A stretch of 64,000 bases of DNA. Source: Sphaerochaetaceae bacterium. GTDB lineage: Bacteria; Spirochaetota; Spirochaetia; Sphaerochaetales; Sphaerochaetaceae. Positions within the stretch are counted from its first letter, which is position 1. The number at the start of each line of letters is the position of its first letter. The DNA lies in assembly GCA_963678555.2 (NCBI GenBank), contig OY782871.2:24432-88431 (forward strand), written 5' to 3'. A program made the translations under genes and the position numbers. Positions 17,058 through 25,885 of the stretch are shown in pieces. The notes under the pieces are model-generated. The model was given only the letters and a program-made list of their open reading frames with translations, made no database searches and was not told the origin of the DNA.

Positions 17058-19175
17058 ATGGAAAAGACGATGCGTACAATGATGCTTACAGCCCTGGTCC
17101 TGGTGTTTCTTCTGAGTGGTTGTTCATTTCAGAGTGACCCTCCCCTAGTTATTGATGATATACAGGATATTCTTACGATCTCTGATACGTTCAACTTCGA
17201 AACGACACGGGTCGTGGAATTGAGCCTGGAGATTCCCTCTGTCAGCACCATACCGGTACAGATATACGGAGCCTCCGGGATCAGTGAGAGCTCCTTCTAT
17301 ACTACAGAATCTCCTCTTCTCCTCTCCGACCTCCCTCTCGTGGCGACTGTCGTACTGGATACTGATGGAGCCTATGAAGGGAGTATCACGATCCCCTCCC
17401 TCTACCGTCAGCTCGTGATCCATCCCCTCTGGCCCGGTCTCCCCGACATCTCGATCGTTGAGATCGAGGATGATGCCGCTTCCCTGACTCTGTCGGTGAC
17501 GCGCTCAGCACCGTCAACGAGAAGTCTCTCCGTACGGGATGTTTCTCCCGACAGTGATACCTACCATACTGTCGGAGACTACACCTTCCTGGCCCCGTTC
17601 AGTTCGTTCGGTGTTCCTGATAACCTCGAAGAGGAGTCGCTTCTGAGTGACGAGGAGAAGGAATTGATCCTTGCGGATATTGCCGCATCACTTCCTGAGT
17701 ATCGCGAGAACACAGACCGCCTCAGTGACGCTGAAATTACGCTGACTGAAGATGCACGGGTACAGGTCGTGTTCATGCATGAAGGGGCGGGGTACCTGAA
17801 TTCCTTCGGGCTGCTGCAGTACGACACAGACGATATTCCTCTCGAAGCACCGGAACCGGATGCTGATCTGGATGAGGACGGGCATGCCGACCTGAAGATC
17901 ATTCTTCCCAACGCATCCATCTCATCCCGTGGCCTGATTTCCGGTGATACCGTTGACCTGGGGACGATTCCTGCGGGTAAGACGCTGATCTGGACTCTTG
18001 TCGCGAACGGGTTCAACAGTGCAACGCAATCAGTAACCGACGGTATGGGCACCTACTATTCAAAGCGTGAGTGGAATCCGGAGACCGATACCGATCGGGA
18101 GTTCAATCAGCACATGGTCCTTCTGCTGGAAGAGCATGATGAAGAGACGGACCATGCACGGTTTGTTCTCGGATTCGAGGATCTGGAAAGACCGCGTGGA
18201 GATGATGATTTCAATGACCTTGTCATCGTAGTGGATATCACACCCGGTTCTGCGGTGGAGGGCATAGGAGACGAAGAGGTCTTTGTACGGACCACTCAGA
18301 GTCAGGACAGAGACGCAGACTCGGTTCCCGATGAGGTGGACGCGTATCCTGACAATCCCTATCTCTCAGCCGATATCCGTGTGTCAGGCACTGCCGCCTT
18401 CGAGGACCAGTGGCCGACGAAGGGGGATTATGACTTCAATGACCTGGTGATCTATTACGAGTATATACTACGCACTGATGCGAACAATGACGTTCGGTCC
18501 TTCACCTACATCTTTGACATTCTGGCGGCAGGTGCCGGGCAGGATAACGGTCTTGCCATGAAGCTTCCGGTTGACTCTTCAGACATGCTTGGTGAGGGGA
18601 CGTTCGATGCTCTGATCGTATCAGAGGGGGACTCTCCCGACGGAAATGCTGCCACCGGCTACGAATCTGTTGAGGACGGAACGGTCCTGTCCTTCTTCTC
18701 TCATGTCTTTTATGAGGTGTTTGATACGGATCAGACCATCATCAACACTGATACTGATATCGAGGGCAATCAGCAACCGGTACCGACCGTTATGGGAACC
18801 ATGTACTTCGCTGACGGTGTTCTCAAGGCGGAGGACCTCGGCAATCTCCCGTACGACCTGTTCCTGATACAGAGCGATGGGGTGCGGGAAGTCCACTATC
18901 CTGACCTTCCCCCTTCGGGTCTGCAGGAGAACAACCCCGGTATCGGAGAGGGCGATGATGATTCCGTTCCGGATCTGGGCAGATACTACAAGACCTCTAC
19001 CAATCTTCCCTGGGCTCTTCATGTGCCCGTCAGGTGGGACTATCCCAGCGAGAGGAACCAGATAATAAAGGGGTACAGGTACTTCGCAGACTGGGCAGGC
19101 TCGAATGGAGCAGACCATCAGGACTGGTATGTGGATACCTCAGACCACATCAACAGAGAGTTTATCTACGAGTAG
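17058..19175 (+). CDS. LruC-domain lipoprotein (DUF4114-like + TSP3-like Ca-binding + LruC/DUF4842 domain)
   Basis: Lipobox FLLSGC. GFEDLERPRGDDDFNDLVIVVDI (DUF4114-like), DRDADSVPDEVDAYPDNPY (thrombospondin type 3-like), and AFEDQWPTKGDYDFNDLVIYYEY (start of an LruC domain). Confidence 0.8.
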   Translation: MEKTMRTMMLTALVLVFLLSGCSFQSDPPLVIDDIQDILTISDTFNFETTRVVELSLEIPSVSTIPVQIYGASGISESSFYTTESPLLLSDLPLVATVVLDTDGAYEGSITIPSLYRQLVIHPLWPGLPDISIVEIEDDAASLTLSVTRSAPSTRSLSVRDVSPDSDTYHTVGDYTFLAPFSSFGVPDNLEEESLLSDEEKELILADIAASLPEYRENTDRLSDAEITLTEDARVQVVFMHEGAGYLNSFGLLQYDTDDIPLEAPEPDADLDEDGHADLKIILPNASISSRGLISGDTVDLGTIPAGKTLIWTLVANGFNSATQSVTDGMGTYYSKREWNPETDTDREFNQHMVLLLEEHDEETDHARFVLGFEDLERPRGDDDFNDLVIVVDITPGSAVEGIGDEEVFVRTTQSQDRDADSVPDEVDAYPDNPYLSADIRVSGTAAFEDQWPTKGDYDFNDLVIYYEYILRTDANNDVRSFTYIFDILAAGAGQDNGLAMKLPVDSSDMLGEGTFDALIVSEGDSPDGNAATGYESVEDGTVLSFFSHVFYEVFDTDQTIINTDTDIEGNQQPVPTVMGTMYFADGVLKAEDLGNLPYDLFLIQSDGVREVHYPDLPPSGLQENNPGIGEGDDDSVPDLGRYYKTSTNLPWALHVPVRWDYPSERNQIIKGYRYFADWAGSNGADHQDWYVDTSDHINREFIYE

Positions 19176-19395
19176 AAGAAGCATCCGCGTTCTGAAAACC
19201 AGGATGAGCAGGGACGGGTATGCAGGTTAGCGGGAAGGTGCGACCTGCGGCGGGAGTCCCGATCACTGTTTCCTTCTCCAGCACTGATCAGATATTGTCA
19301 CAACCACATGCTCTGCAGTGACTTCCCAGTTACACCCTGTATACTGCAGGTGAATGCTGAACTCATCTGATGGTTCATACAGGGCGGAAGGATCT

Positions 19396-19972
19396 ATGAA
19401 TCGTAGGATGCTCGACGTGTGCTTTCTCTGTGTGTGTTCTCTGCTTGTCATCACGCCTCTGACCTCTCCTAAGGTGTTCACGGCGGAATCGCCTCAACCA
19501 ACATGCTCGGCTTCTTTCCGGACGGTGGCCGGGGACGATCCCCGAGCCCGATAGTCGGGGCTCTTGCAGGTAACATGAGAGTGAGGCGATACACCTCCTC
19601 GCGCGCTCAGGCATCCAGTACGCCCTCCTCTGAGCAGATGCCGGTGGAGAGCCGGGAATGCATTATCTGCAGGTCCCTCTTCTTGCAAGACTCGCTTTTG
19701 ACCTGAGAGTCTCCGGGTCGTCTTACCTCATTGCAGGCCTTGCCGGGGGCTATCTTGTGGGTGCGAGCGTTGATGTGGCTGTGGACCTTGACAACTACAA
19801 CCGGGCAGAACTTGCGGCAGTGGCCGGTATGGGGTATTCCACCCCCTGGGGGGTCTCGCTTGATCTGCGCTACCAGAAAGGGTTGACCGACCGGAGTTCT
19901 GAGGATGGAGGTATTCCCCTCCTGCTCTACGATTCCACCTTCTCCCTTGTTGCAGGCTACTCGATACGGTAG
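19396..19972 (+). pseudogene. Outer-membrane beta-barrel (OMP_b-brl_2-like) gene with two frameshifts and an in-frame stop
   Basis: The signal peptide MNRRMLDVCFLCVCSLLVITPL is in frame 1. GVHGGIASTNMLGFF..VGALAGNMRV is in frame 0 from about 19473. GIQYALL*ADAGGEPGMHYLQVPLLARLAF...LVAGYSIR is in frame 2 and contains a TGA. Confidence 0.6.
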
Positions 19973-20013
19973 GATCCTGTCGGTAAGAGAACTACAGGTA
20001 CTGCTTCCGGAGG

Positions 20014-20118
20014 TGTGGATATGCTACCTGGAACAGGTTTTCCACACACCGTCAGGCAACACTCCCATTTCCCCATTTCAACTCTGCATGTGGATTCTGT
20101 ACCTGGCACCTATCACAG
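20014..20118 (+). repeat. Direct repeat copy A flanking the ATPase-Fic cassette
   Basis: The first 68 nt are 60/68 identical to 23178-23245, including the perfect 25-mer GGAACAGGTTTTCCACACACCGTCA. Hairpin GTGTGGA-N21-TCCACAC (20013-20047). A 19-nt insertion (20082-20100) is present relative to copy B. Confidence 0.8.
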
Positions 20119-20294
20119 CTCTTAGCAGGAATGTCAACGATCTCGGGAAGCTGCATGACCAGCTCCTTGAGAACGAGCATTCTTCCACGGCCTTTGAAGG
20201 GGATAATGGATGCCTTCTCCTACAAGAAACAAGGTGACTACCAACGTTTACTCCTGTATGCACCTGAGCACCTCCGACAGGGTGAATAGAACCA

Positions 20295-21500
20295 TTATTC
20301 ATCTGTAAGGAACTGATGTAGTCCAATATGCTGCACTCCCTCTATGCTATCTTGGAAGTGTGGATCCATCGTTACTACAAATTTTGGGTAGGAGTCACGG
20401 ATTGCGAGTAGTGGTGCAAATTCTCTTTGTACTGTTTGCTCACTTTCAAGTTTAAAGGCAACCTGTACATACAGTTTCCTCGGAGGTCGCTCTGCGATAA
20501 AATCAATCGCTTGGGTGCCCAGTTTTCCGATGTACACGGTATATCCTCGTCTGACCAACTCGTTGTGGACGATATTCTCCAATATGCCGGAGATGTGCCT
20601 ATCCCTATACCCAAAGACAGCATGCTGGAGACCGGTATCCGCCAAATAGTACTTTTCTTGTGTTTTCAGAAGTTCTTTCCTCTGTATATCATAGCGTTGG
20701 ACTCTGGTGATCAGAAAGGAGCTTGCCAATGCATCAAGATAGGTATAGACGGTGTTTATATCGACAGATTGTGCTTGGCTCTTGAAATAATCTGCAATTC
20801 GTTTTCCTGAAATAGTGCTTCCCACTGTATCAGCGATGAAATGCAAAATCCTACGTAACAACTCGATATCACGGATCTTGTACCGCTGGACAACATCACG
20901 CAGAACAATTGAGTCAAAGATGTCGTTGATGATCATATAGGTTGCCTTCTCATCGTAATCAGTGGTGAGATGGACAGCAGGAAAACCTCCTCGCCTGATA
21001 TACAACCAAAGCATATCTTGTTGTGTTCCTTTCAGGCTGGATCTGAAAGTCAACATCTCGGAAAAGGACAATGTCTGCATCTGAATATGAATGAATCGAC
21101 CAGTAAGCAAGGTGGAGAGCTCTGATGAGAGCAACTGTGAGTTTGAACCAGTGATATAGACATCAAGGTGAAAGTCGAGGAACAGTGAGTTTACCGCTTC
21201 TTCCCAATCCTTGACGATTTGTATTTCGTCAAAAAACAGATACGCGGGGCTCTCCATGGTTTTTACACGTTCTGAAACGTAATCGTATAAAGCGATTGAA
21301 GAACGCAAGTGGAAGTACTTCATGCTTTCAAAATTGATTGAGATGATGTGCTTTTTCTCTACGCCTTCCTCAACCAATAGCTGTTGGATCAGCAGCATCA
21401 TGGTCGATTTTCCACATCGACGTATCCCTGAAATGATCTTAATGAAAGGTTTTCTCATGAATGGTTTAATTTTCTCATAATATAGTGGTCGGTTGAACAT
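20295..21500 (-). CDS. AAA-family ATPase with C-terminal DUF4143 domain
   Basis: Walker A SGIRRCGKSTMM, Walker B YLFFDEIQ, and a DUF4143-type C-terminal half. 401 aa. Confidence 0.85.
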   Translation of the reverse strand: MFNRPLYYEKIKPFMRKPFIKIISGIRRCGKSTMMLLIQQLLVEEGVEKKHIISINFESMKYFHLRSSIALYDYVSERVKTMESPAYLFFDEIQIVKDWEEAVNSLFLDFHLDVYITGSNSQLLSSELSTLLTGRFIHIQMQTLSFSEMLTFRSSLKGTQQDMLWLYIRRGGFPAVHLTTDYDEKATYMIINDIFDSIVLRDVVQRYKIRDIELLRRILHFIADTVGSTISGKRIADYFKSQAQSVDINTVYTYLDALASSFLITRVQRYDIQRKELLKTQEKYYLADTGLQHAVFGYRDRHISGILENIVHNELVRRGYTVYIGKLGTQAIDFIAERPPRKLYVQVAFKLESEQTVQREFAPLLAIRDSYPKFVVTMDPHFQDSIEGVQHIGLHQFLTDE

Positions 21501-21520
21501 GATTGCGTACTCCTTGTATA

Positions 21521-21646
21521 GGATTATACCCTGTAAAACTATCTAAGTAAATAAAGTTATTATTGGTATAACCATAAAAACTTGCATAAAATGCCAAGTT
21601 TTAATGATTATAACCCTAAAAAATCTCATCAGGCACTAGGAATGAG
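21521..21646. repeat. Three phased direct repeats (42-bp period) upstream of the ATPase gene
   Basis: GGATTATACCCTGTAAAAC (21521), TTGGTATAACCATAAAAAC (21563) and TGATTATAACCCTAAAAAA (21605). The starts are exactly 42 bp apart, and the first lies 21 bp from the ATPase start codon. Confidence 0.55.
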
Positions 21647-21716
21647 AGAGAACTCCCGAATCGTGTAAAATCTCTGAAACAGGGCAATAAGAGTGTGATT
21701 TGCCTTGCCAAGAAAG

Positions 21717-21738
21717 AACCGGTACGGATACCGGTTCT
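21717..21738 (-). terminator. Rho-independent-type terminator after the Fic gene
   Basis: GAACCGGTA-CGGA-TACCGGTTC, a perfect 9-bp stem. On the minus strand it is followed by TTTCTT, about 200 nt downstream of the Fic stop. Confidence 0.55.
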
Positions 21739-21936
21739 CTGGTAGCATTCCTGAAGATGTGGTGAAAAAAGTTGAATCAACTAATCCATCATGCACCTTT
21801 AGTGAAGTTGCTGAACAATGAGCATGGGAGCAACTGAATCATGACCAAAACACGTATTCTTGGTGATATTACCCTTCGATACCATTCTGAAATCTCGGAA
21901 AAGTATAGCTAAAACAGATAAGTCGTTATGATGTTA

Positions 21937-23049
21937 TCACAGCTCAGAAATTATGTGAGGATTAAGGTAATATCCTGTCTGCGGGCCGGTTTCACCGGAG
22001 GGTACCAGCAATCCTTTTTGGAGAAGCAGCTGAATATCTCTTGAGGCTGCTGCAGTGGAGCATCTGTTCATCTTTGCCCACTTATCTGTTGACAGCTTCC
22101 CTATGAACGAACCCTCGGCAAGTTTGAATAACATAGACAACTGTCGGGAATTATAGACGGAGGGATCCAGATGTGCCATACATCTGGTAAGTCTCACACT
22201 CTTCTCATAGATCTTCAATGCTTCTTGCTTTGCCCTGATCGCAAGGTTGATATTCCATATCAGCCACTCAGTCAGATCCAATGAATCTGACTGTGACGTA
22301 TAGGCATGTACCTGCCGGTAATACTCACCCCGGTTCTGCAACATCAAGGAAGACATACTGTATACCCTGTGAGTTTCATTGAATCCCTTTGAGAGTACGT
22401 AATCTGCCAGTGCCCGTGATATTCTCCCATTCCCATCCTCATACGGATGAATACAGAGGAACCATAAGGAGACTATGGCGCTCTTTATTATGGGTCTTAT
22501 TTCATTCTCCCCGTTAACGAACTCGACAAGACGTTCCATCTCCCCCTGAATACTTTCCGATGGGAGACCTTCATAGATGAGTTCTTCCCGAATACCATTC
22601 CCCCTGCTGACATACACCGGGCTCTGCCTGTAGAGTCCAAAACGCTTCGGTTTTATTGCTGCCATCGAAGTAAAAAGAAGGGAATGCCACGTATGTATCC
22701 TTTCGAGTGAAAGAACGTCGAGATTCCCTGTTGCGTCAAGGACCAACGTCGAAACACTTTCAGCATAGCGGTCACTTCTTGCCCTCTTTTCCAGGTGGAT
22801 ATCAAGTCGGCTGCAAATTGATGAGAATACCGGCTCATCAGCAATGATTTCTCCCTCTATCTCCAGACTGGCAAGAATCTCATCAGTAAGAGAGCGTGCA
22901 TGCATCCTTTCCTTTGCCTCAGGATCGATAAGAGAAAAAACTATGTCAGTGGCCTTCTTCTGCAGCAGATACTCTTCGTAGCACGTCTGAATATCTTCCT
23001 CATCGTACGTATAGGACGGCCATCCAGGGTTGTTCCAGATATATGCCAT
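21937..23049 (-). CDS. Fic family protein (DUF4172 N-terminus, class II auto-inhibited type, C-terminal wHTH)
   Basis: Fic motif HPYEDGNGRISR (22414-22449). Inhibitory-helix motif SLEIEG = [ST]xxxE[GN] (22852-22869). N-terminal MAYIWNNPGWPSYTY is typical of DUF4172. Confidence 0.9.
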   Translation of the reverse strand: MAYIWNNPGWPSYTYDEEDIQTCYEEYLLQKKATDIVFSLIDPEAKERMHARSLTDEILASLEIEGEIIADEPVFSSICSRLDIHLEKRARSDRYAESVSTLVLDATGNLDVLSLERIHTWHSLLFTSMAAIKPKRFGLYRQSPVYVSRGNGIREELIYEGLPSESIQGEMERLVEFVNGENEIRPIIKSAIVSLWFLCIHPYEDGNGRISRALADYVLSKGFNETHRVYSMSSLMLQNRGEYYRQVHAYTSQSDSLDLTEWLIWNINLAIRAKQEALKIYEKSVRLTRCMAHLDPSVYNSRQLSMLFKLAEGSFIGKLSTDKWAKMNRCSTAAASRDIQLLLQKGLLVPSGETGPQTGYYLNPHIISEL

Positions 23050-23177
23050 ATGCGCATCTCCCAGTCAGAACGATAGCACACAACACCCATTTAATCCATC
23101 ATTATTGACAGGGTAGGCGCATTGTTGTTTCAAAATCTTCAAGTATGAGGGAGTAGTTTCAACATGAATGTGTGATC

Positions 23178-23263
23178 TGTGGATATGCTACTCGGAACAG
23201 GTTTTCCACACACCGTCACTCAGCACTCTCATTCCCCTATTTCAAACCTGGTGCCTATATCAG
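23178..23263 (+). repeat. Direct repeat copy B flanking the ATPase-Fic cassette
   Basis: See copy A. Hairpin TGTGGA-N21-TCCACA (23178-23210). Confidence 0.8.
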
Positions 23264-23392
23264 TAGTGGGCTGCATCCATTGAACGGGAGGTGCGTGTGA
23301 TCCCGTATGCCTTGTCGTCCCGGGAGAGGTGTTCTCTTCTTGCCTATTGCAATATCATGAACAATAATACTATCAGTCGGAAGGAGGTCATC

Positions 23393-23626
23393 ATGTACGA
23401 TGTGAATGCACTGCTTGAGGAAGCTGTCAGGGAGACTCGTCTGCTTGAACCGGGGGAGGTCTTCCTTGTCCGTGACCTGTTCAAGGGATACCTGTGGAAC
23501 AGGATCCCCCGTGGGGAAAGACTCCTGCTCGGCTCCCTGTTTCTCAGCTCTGTCGGCTCGAATGATTACCAGATCTCCGTCCATGATAAAGGGGTCTCAG
23601 GGCAGCAGCGGTATCTCAAGAACTGA
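23393..23626 (+). CDS. DUF1413-like small protein
   Basis: AGGAGG 6 nt upstream of ATG 23393. 77 aa; GEVFLVRDLFKGYLWNRIPRGERLLLGSLFLSSV resembles the DUF1413 pattern (F.v.DLF.g..W..l..g.R..lG..F). Confidence 0.55.
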   Translation: MYDVNALLEEAVRETRLLEPGEVFLVRDLFKGYLWNRIPRGERLLLGSLFLSSVGSNDYQISVHDKGVSGQQRYLKN

Positions 23627-23638
23627 GCCCCCTGTCGG

Positions 23639-24039
23639 GTGCTGGCGGAGAATCTCATGGTCGCAAGAGGATCGGTGAGGGAGGCGATCAAGATCCTCTC
23701 AGCCTATGGTGTGCTCGAGATACGCCGCGGGGCCGGAACCTTTGTCGCAATGGCATCCAACCAGAGGCTCTTCGACTCCCATCTCTACCAGATCCTCGTC
23801 CTGGAGAGGGACTATGCCTCCCTGACACAGGTGAGGCAGCTTCTGGAGGAGGGGATCGTACGCCTCGTCATCGAGAGCGCACGTGATGAGGACCTTGAGT
23901 AGCTAGACTGGCTGATGCAGGAATTCCTCGGTGAACGTGACAGTGAGCAGTGCAGCCCCGAGCGGGCGAACACCTTCGATATCGAGTGCCACCGGTTCCT
24001 GGGAAAGCTCTCACACAACCAGATGTTTAACGTAGAATA
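23639..24039 (+). pseudogene. GntR/FadR-family regulator remnant (5'-truncated, internal stop)
   Basis: It starts in mid-HTH (..LAENLMVARGSVREAIKILSAYGVLEIRRGAGTFV) with a TGA immediately upstream. There is an in-frame TAG at 23900-23902. The FCD-like sequence continues (FDIECHRFLGKLSHNQ) and ends about 20 bp before the IS3 end. Confidence 0.7.
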
Positions 24040-24057
24040 GAAATGTAGGGAAGGGGA

Positions 24058-25671
24058 TGCGGACAAAAAGTTGGACTTTTTATGATGCTAGACCAAGACT
24101 CCTGCGATACTCAAGGGGGCTCTTCCCTCCCAAAGACATTTTGATCCGTTTTTCGTTGTACCAATAGATGTAATCATCAAGCTGTGCACAAAACTAATCG
24201 ATCGATACCCCAAACCAAGACCGGTTATAGAACATCTCGTTCTTCAATCTGCCAAAAAAGCCCTCGCATGCCGAATTGTCGGGTGAGCAGCCTATCTTTG
24301 ACATCGACCGGACCAACCCGGCAGTATCCATCCTCTCAATCCAGCCAGGCCAACGGTAGTGACTTCCGCGGTCGGTGTGCACCAATGGATACTCCCCGCG
24401 TTCAGTGTTCCCACAGCCGCATCCAGCATTGAGTTCACCATCTCGGCATTTGGGCTTGGGCCACGAGTCCAGGAGGTTACGTAGCCATCAAAACAATCAA
24501 CTATTGGAGAAAGATATACTTTCCCTGCAGGAATACTGAATTCTGTGATGTCGCTCAGCCATTTTTCATTGGGGTTCTCAGCATGGAAATCACGTTTGAT
24601 GACATTCTCAACCTCCGGGCTGAGTTCTCCCTTGTATGAACTATATTTCTTTCTCTTCACGAAAGGGACTACAAGGTCTTCTTCATGCATGAGACGAAGC
24701 ACCACCTTCTCTGAGATGGGACGACCTTTGGAAGTCAGGACTGAATGTAACTGACGATAGCCATAACACTGTCGGTTTTCAATGAATGCCTTTCTCAGAT
24801 CTTTACGGACAAGTTCATACTTATCTCTCTTCATGGCATGATATTGATAGAAATAACTACTTTTCGCCATATGCAGAGAAAGTAGCAGTTGCTTTATGGG
24901 ATACTTAGAAGTTAGGGCATCGATAATCATTGCTTTCTCCCTGTTGGAGAGTGTATCGATACCGATGCCCTCATCTTTTTTTATTATTTCTGCCGCCTTT
25001 TCGAGAATGTCCTTCTCCATTTGGAGCTTCTGTACCTGCTTCTGCAGTTTGTCTCGCTCCTCTTTCAGCTCGTCGCATTCAGCTCTCAGATCAATCTCTT
25101 GTTCCGATGCAGGTTTCTTGGGTCCATTTTTAGATTTCTTTCTCATCTCGGGGTTGCCTTCCTCCCCAAGCAATTGTCGCTTCCACTGATAGATTGTGCT
25201 TTGGGTTACTCCAATCTCTGCTTCCAGCTGTTTCACCTTCTTTTCCCCGCTAGCCACAGACACTACAGCGTCCATCTTTTGCTTGTCCGTGTATTTTACA
25301 GCAGCCTTGCCTCTTTTTAAAGGATGACAACTAGAGGGAAGATCCTCATGGACCCATTCCCCAAGAAGCGGGCGGCAGGGATACCCGAGAACCCTAACCG
25401 TACGAGCAAGGCTTCTTCCATGTTCCAGATAGTATTGCACAGCTGCAGCTCTTTGCTCCGATGTATATCCCAATCGATTCTTTTTGTGCAGATCTCCGCT
25501 CTCAAGATACTCCCGGTATCATGCCTTGAGCATCTTGACATCTGGATACCCAAGCTCCCTGACAACAGCACTAGGGCTCTTGTCAAACTTGATGTAAAGC
25601 TCAACAGCTTTCTTTCGCTCTTCGTATGAATACATTCCCTTCTCCTTCAAAAGTCCAGAAAAATGTCTTCA
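24058..25671 (-). mobile_element. IS3-family insertion sequence (defective copy), 1614 bp
   Basis: TG...CA termini with imperfect IRs: TGCGGACAAAAAGTTGGACTTTT (24058-) versus reverse complement of the right end, TGAAGACATTTTTCTGGACTTTT (-25671). No target duplication is visible. Confidence 0.8.
24080..25635 (-). pseudogene. IS3-family transposase (OrfAB-like) with two nonsense codons and one frameshift
   Basis: MYSYEERKKAVELY..KMLKA*YREY has TGA at 25519-25521 where Trp is expected. There is a frameshift near 24390-24400 (..LNAG / YPLVHTDRGSHYRW). TAG at 24194-24196 precedes ..DDYIYWYNEKRIKMSLGGKSPLEYR. DDE motifs (HTDRGSHY, SPDNSACEGFFG) are present. Confidence 0.8.
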
Positions 25672-25885
25672 CCCCCTGTTGGTTGGCCTCGGCAAAAACT
25701 TCCTCTCCACCAAAAACAGTATAGCAACAGTAGCTCCGAACCGGATTCAGTCCAAGAGACTAACCATCCATCCTTGAACCAGAGCAACGGCAGCGGGGTT
25801 GCAGAGAGTGTTCTGGAGAGCTTGAGCCAATCCATGTCTGAGACAAATTTCCCCCCCCACACAGGCTCCTAGGGCCATCGGTCCC

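Noticed and set aside
19263-19481. 72-aa minus-strand ORF upstream of or overlapping the OMP pseudogene
   Set aside because: It overlaps the signal-peptide region of the decayed OMP gene on the opposite strand and has no motif or ribosome-binding site.
20014-23263. Integron-type gene cassette with attC sites
   Set aside because: The repeats lack convincing RYYYAAC / GTTRRRY core pairs (only TTTCAAC is near-consensus). The genes have their own promoter-like regions and a terminator, and no intI gene is in the window.
25519-25521. TGA read as Trp (alternative genetic code) in the IS3 transposase
   Set aside because: TGA terminates many well-supported genes in this window (for example tnpB, the flippase and the STAS gene). 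The same IS3 copy also carries a TAG and a frameshift, so decay is the simpler explanation.
25672-25885. 214-bp orphan segment between the IS3 end and the TuaH-like GT gene as the continuation of the interrupted GntR gene
   Set aside because: One plus frame (PLLVGLGKNFLSTKNSIATV..) is vaguely FCD-like. But the GntR frame already ends about 20 bp before the IS, and no target duplication links the two flanks. The evidence is insufficient.
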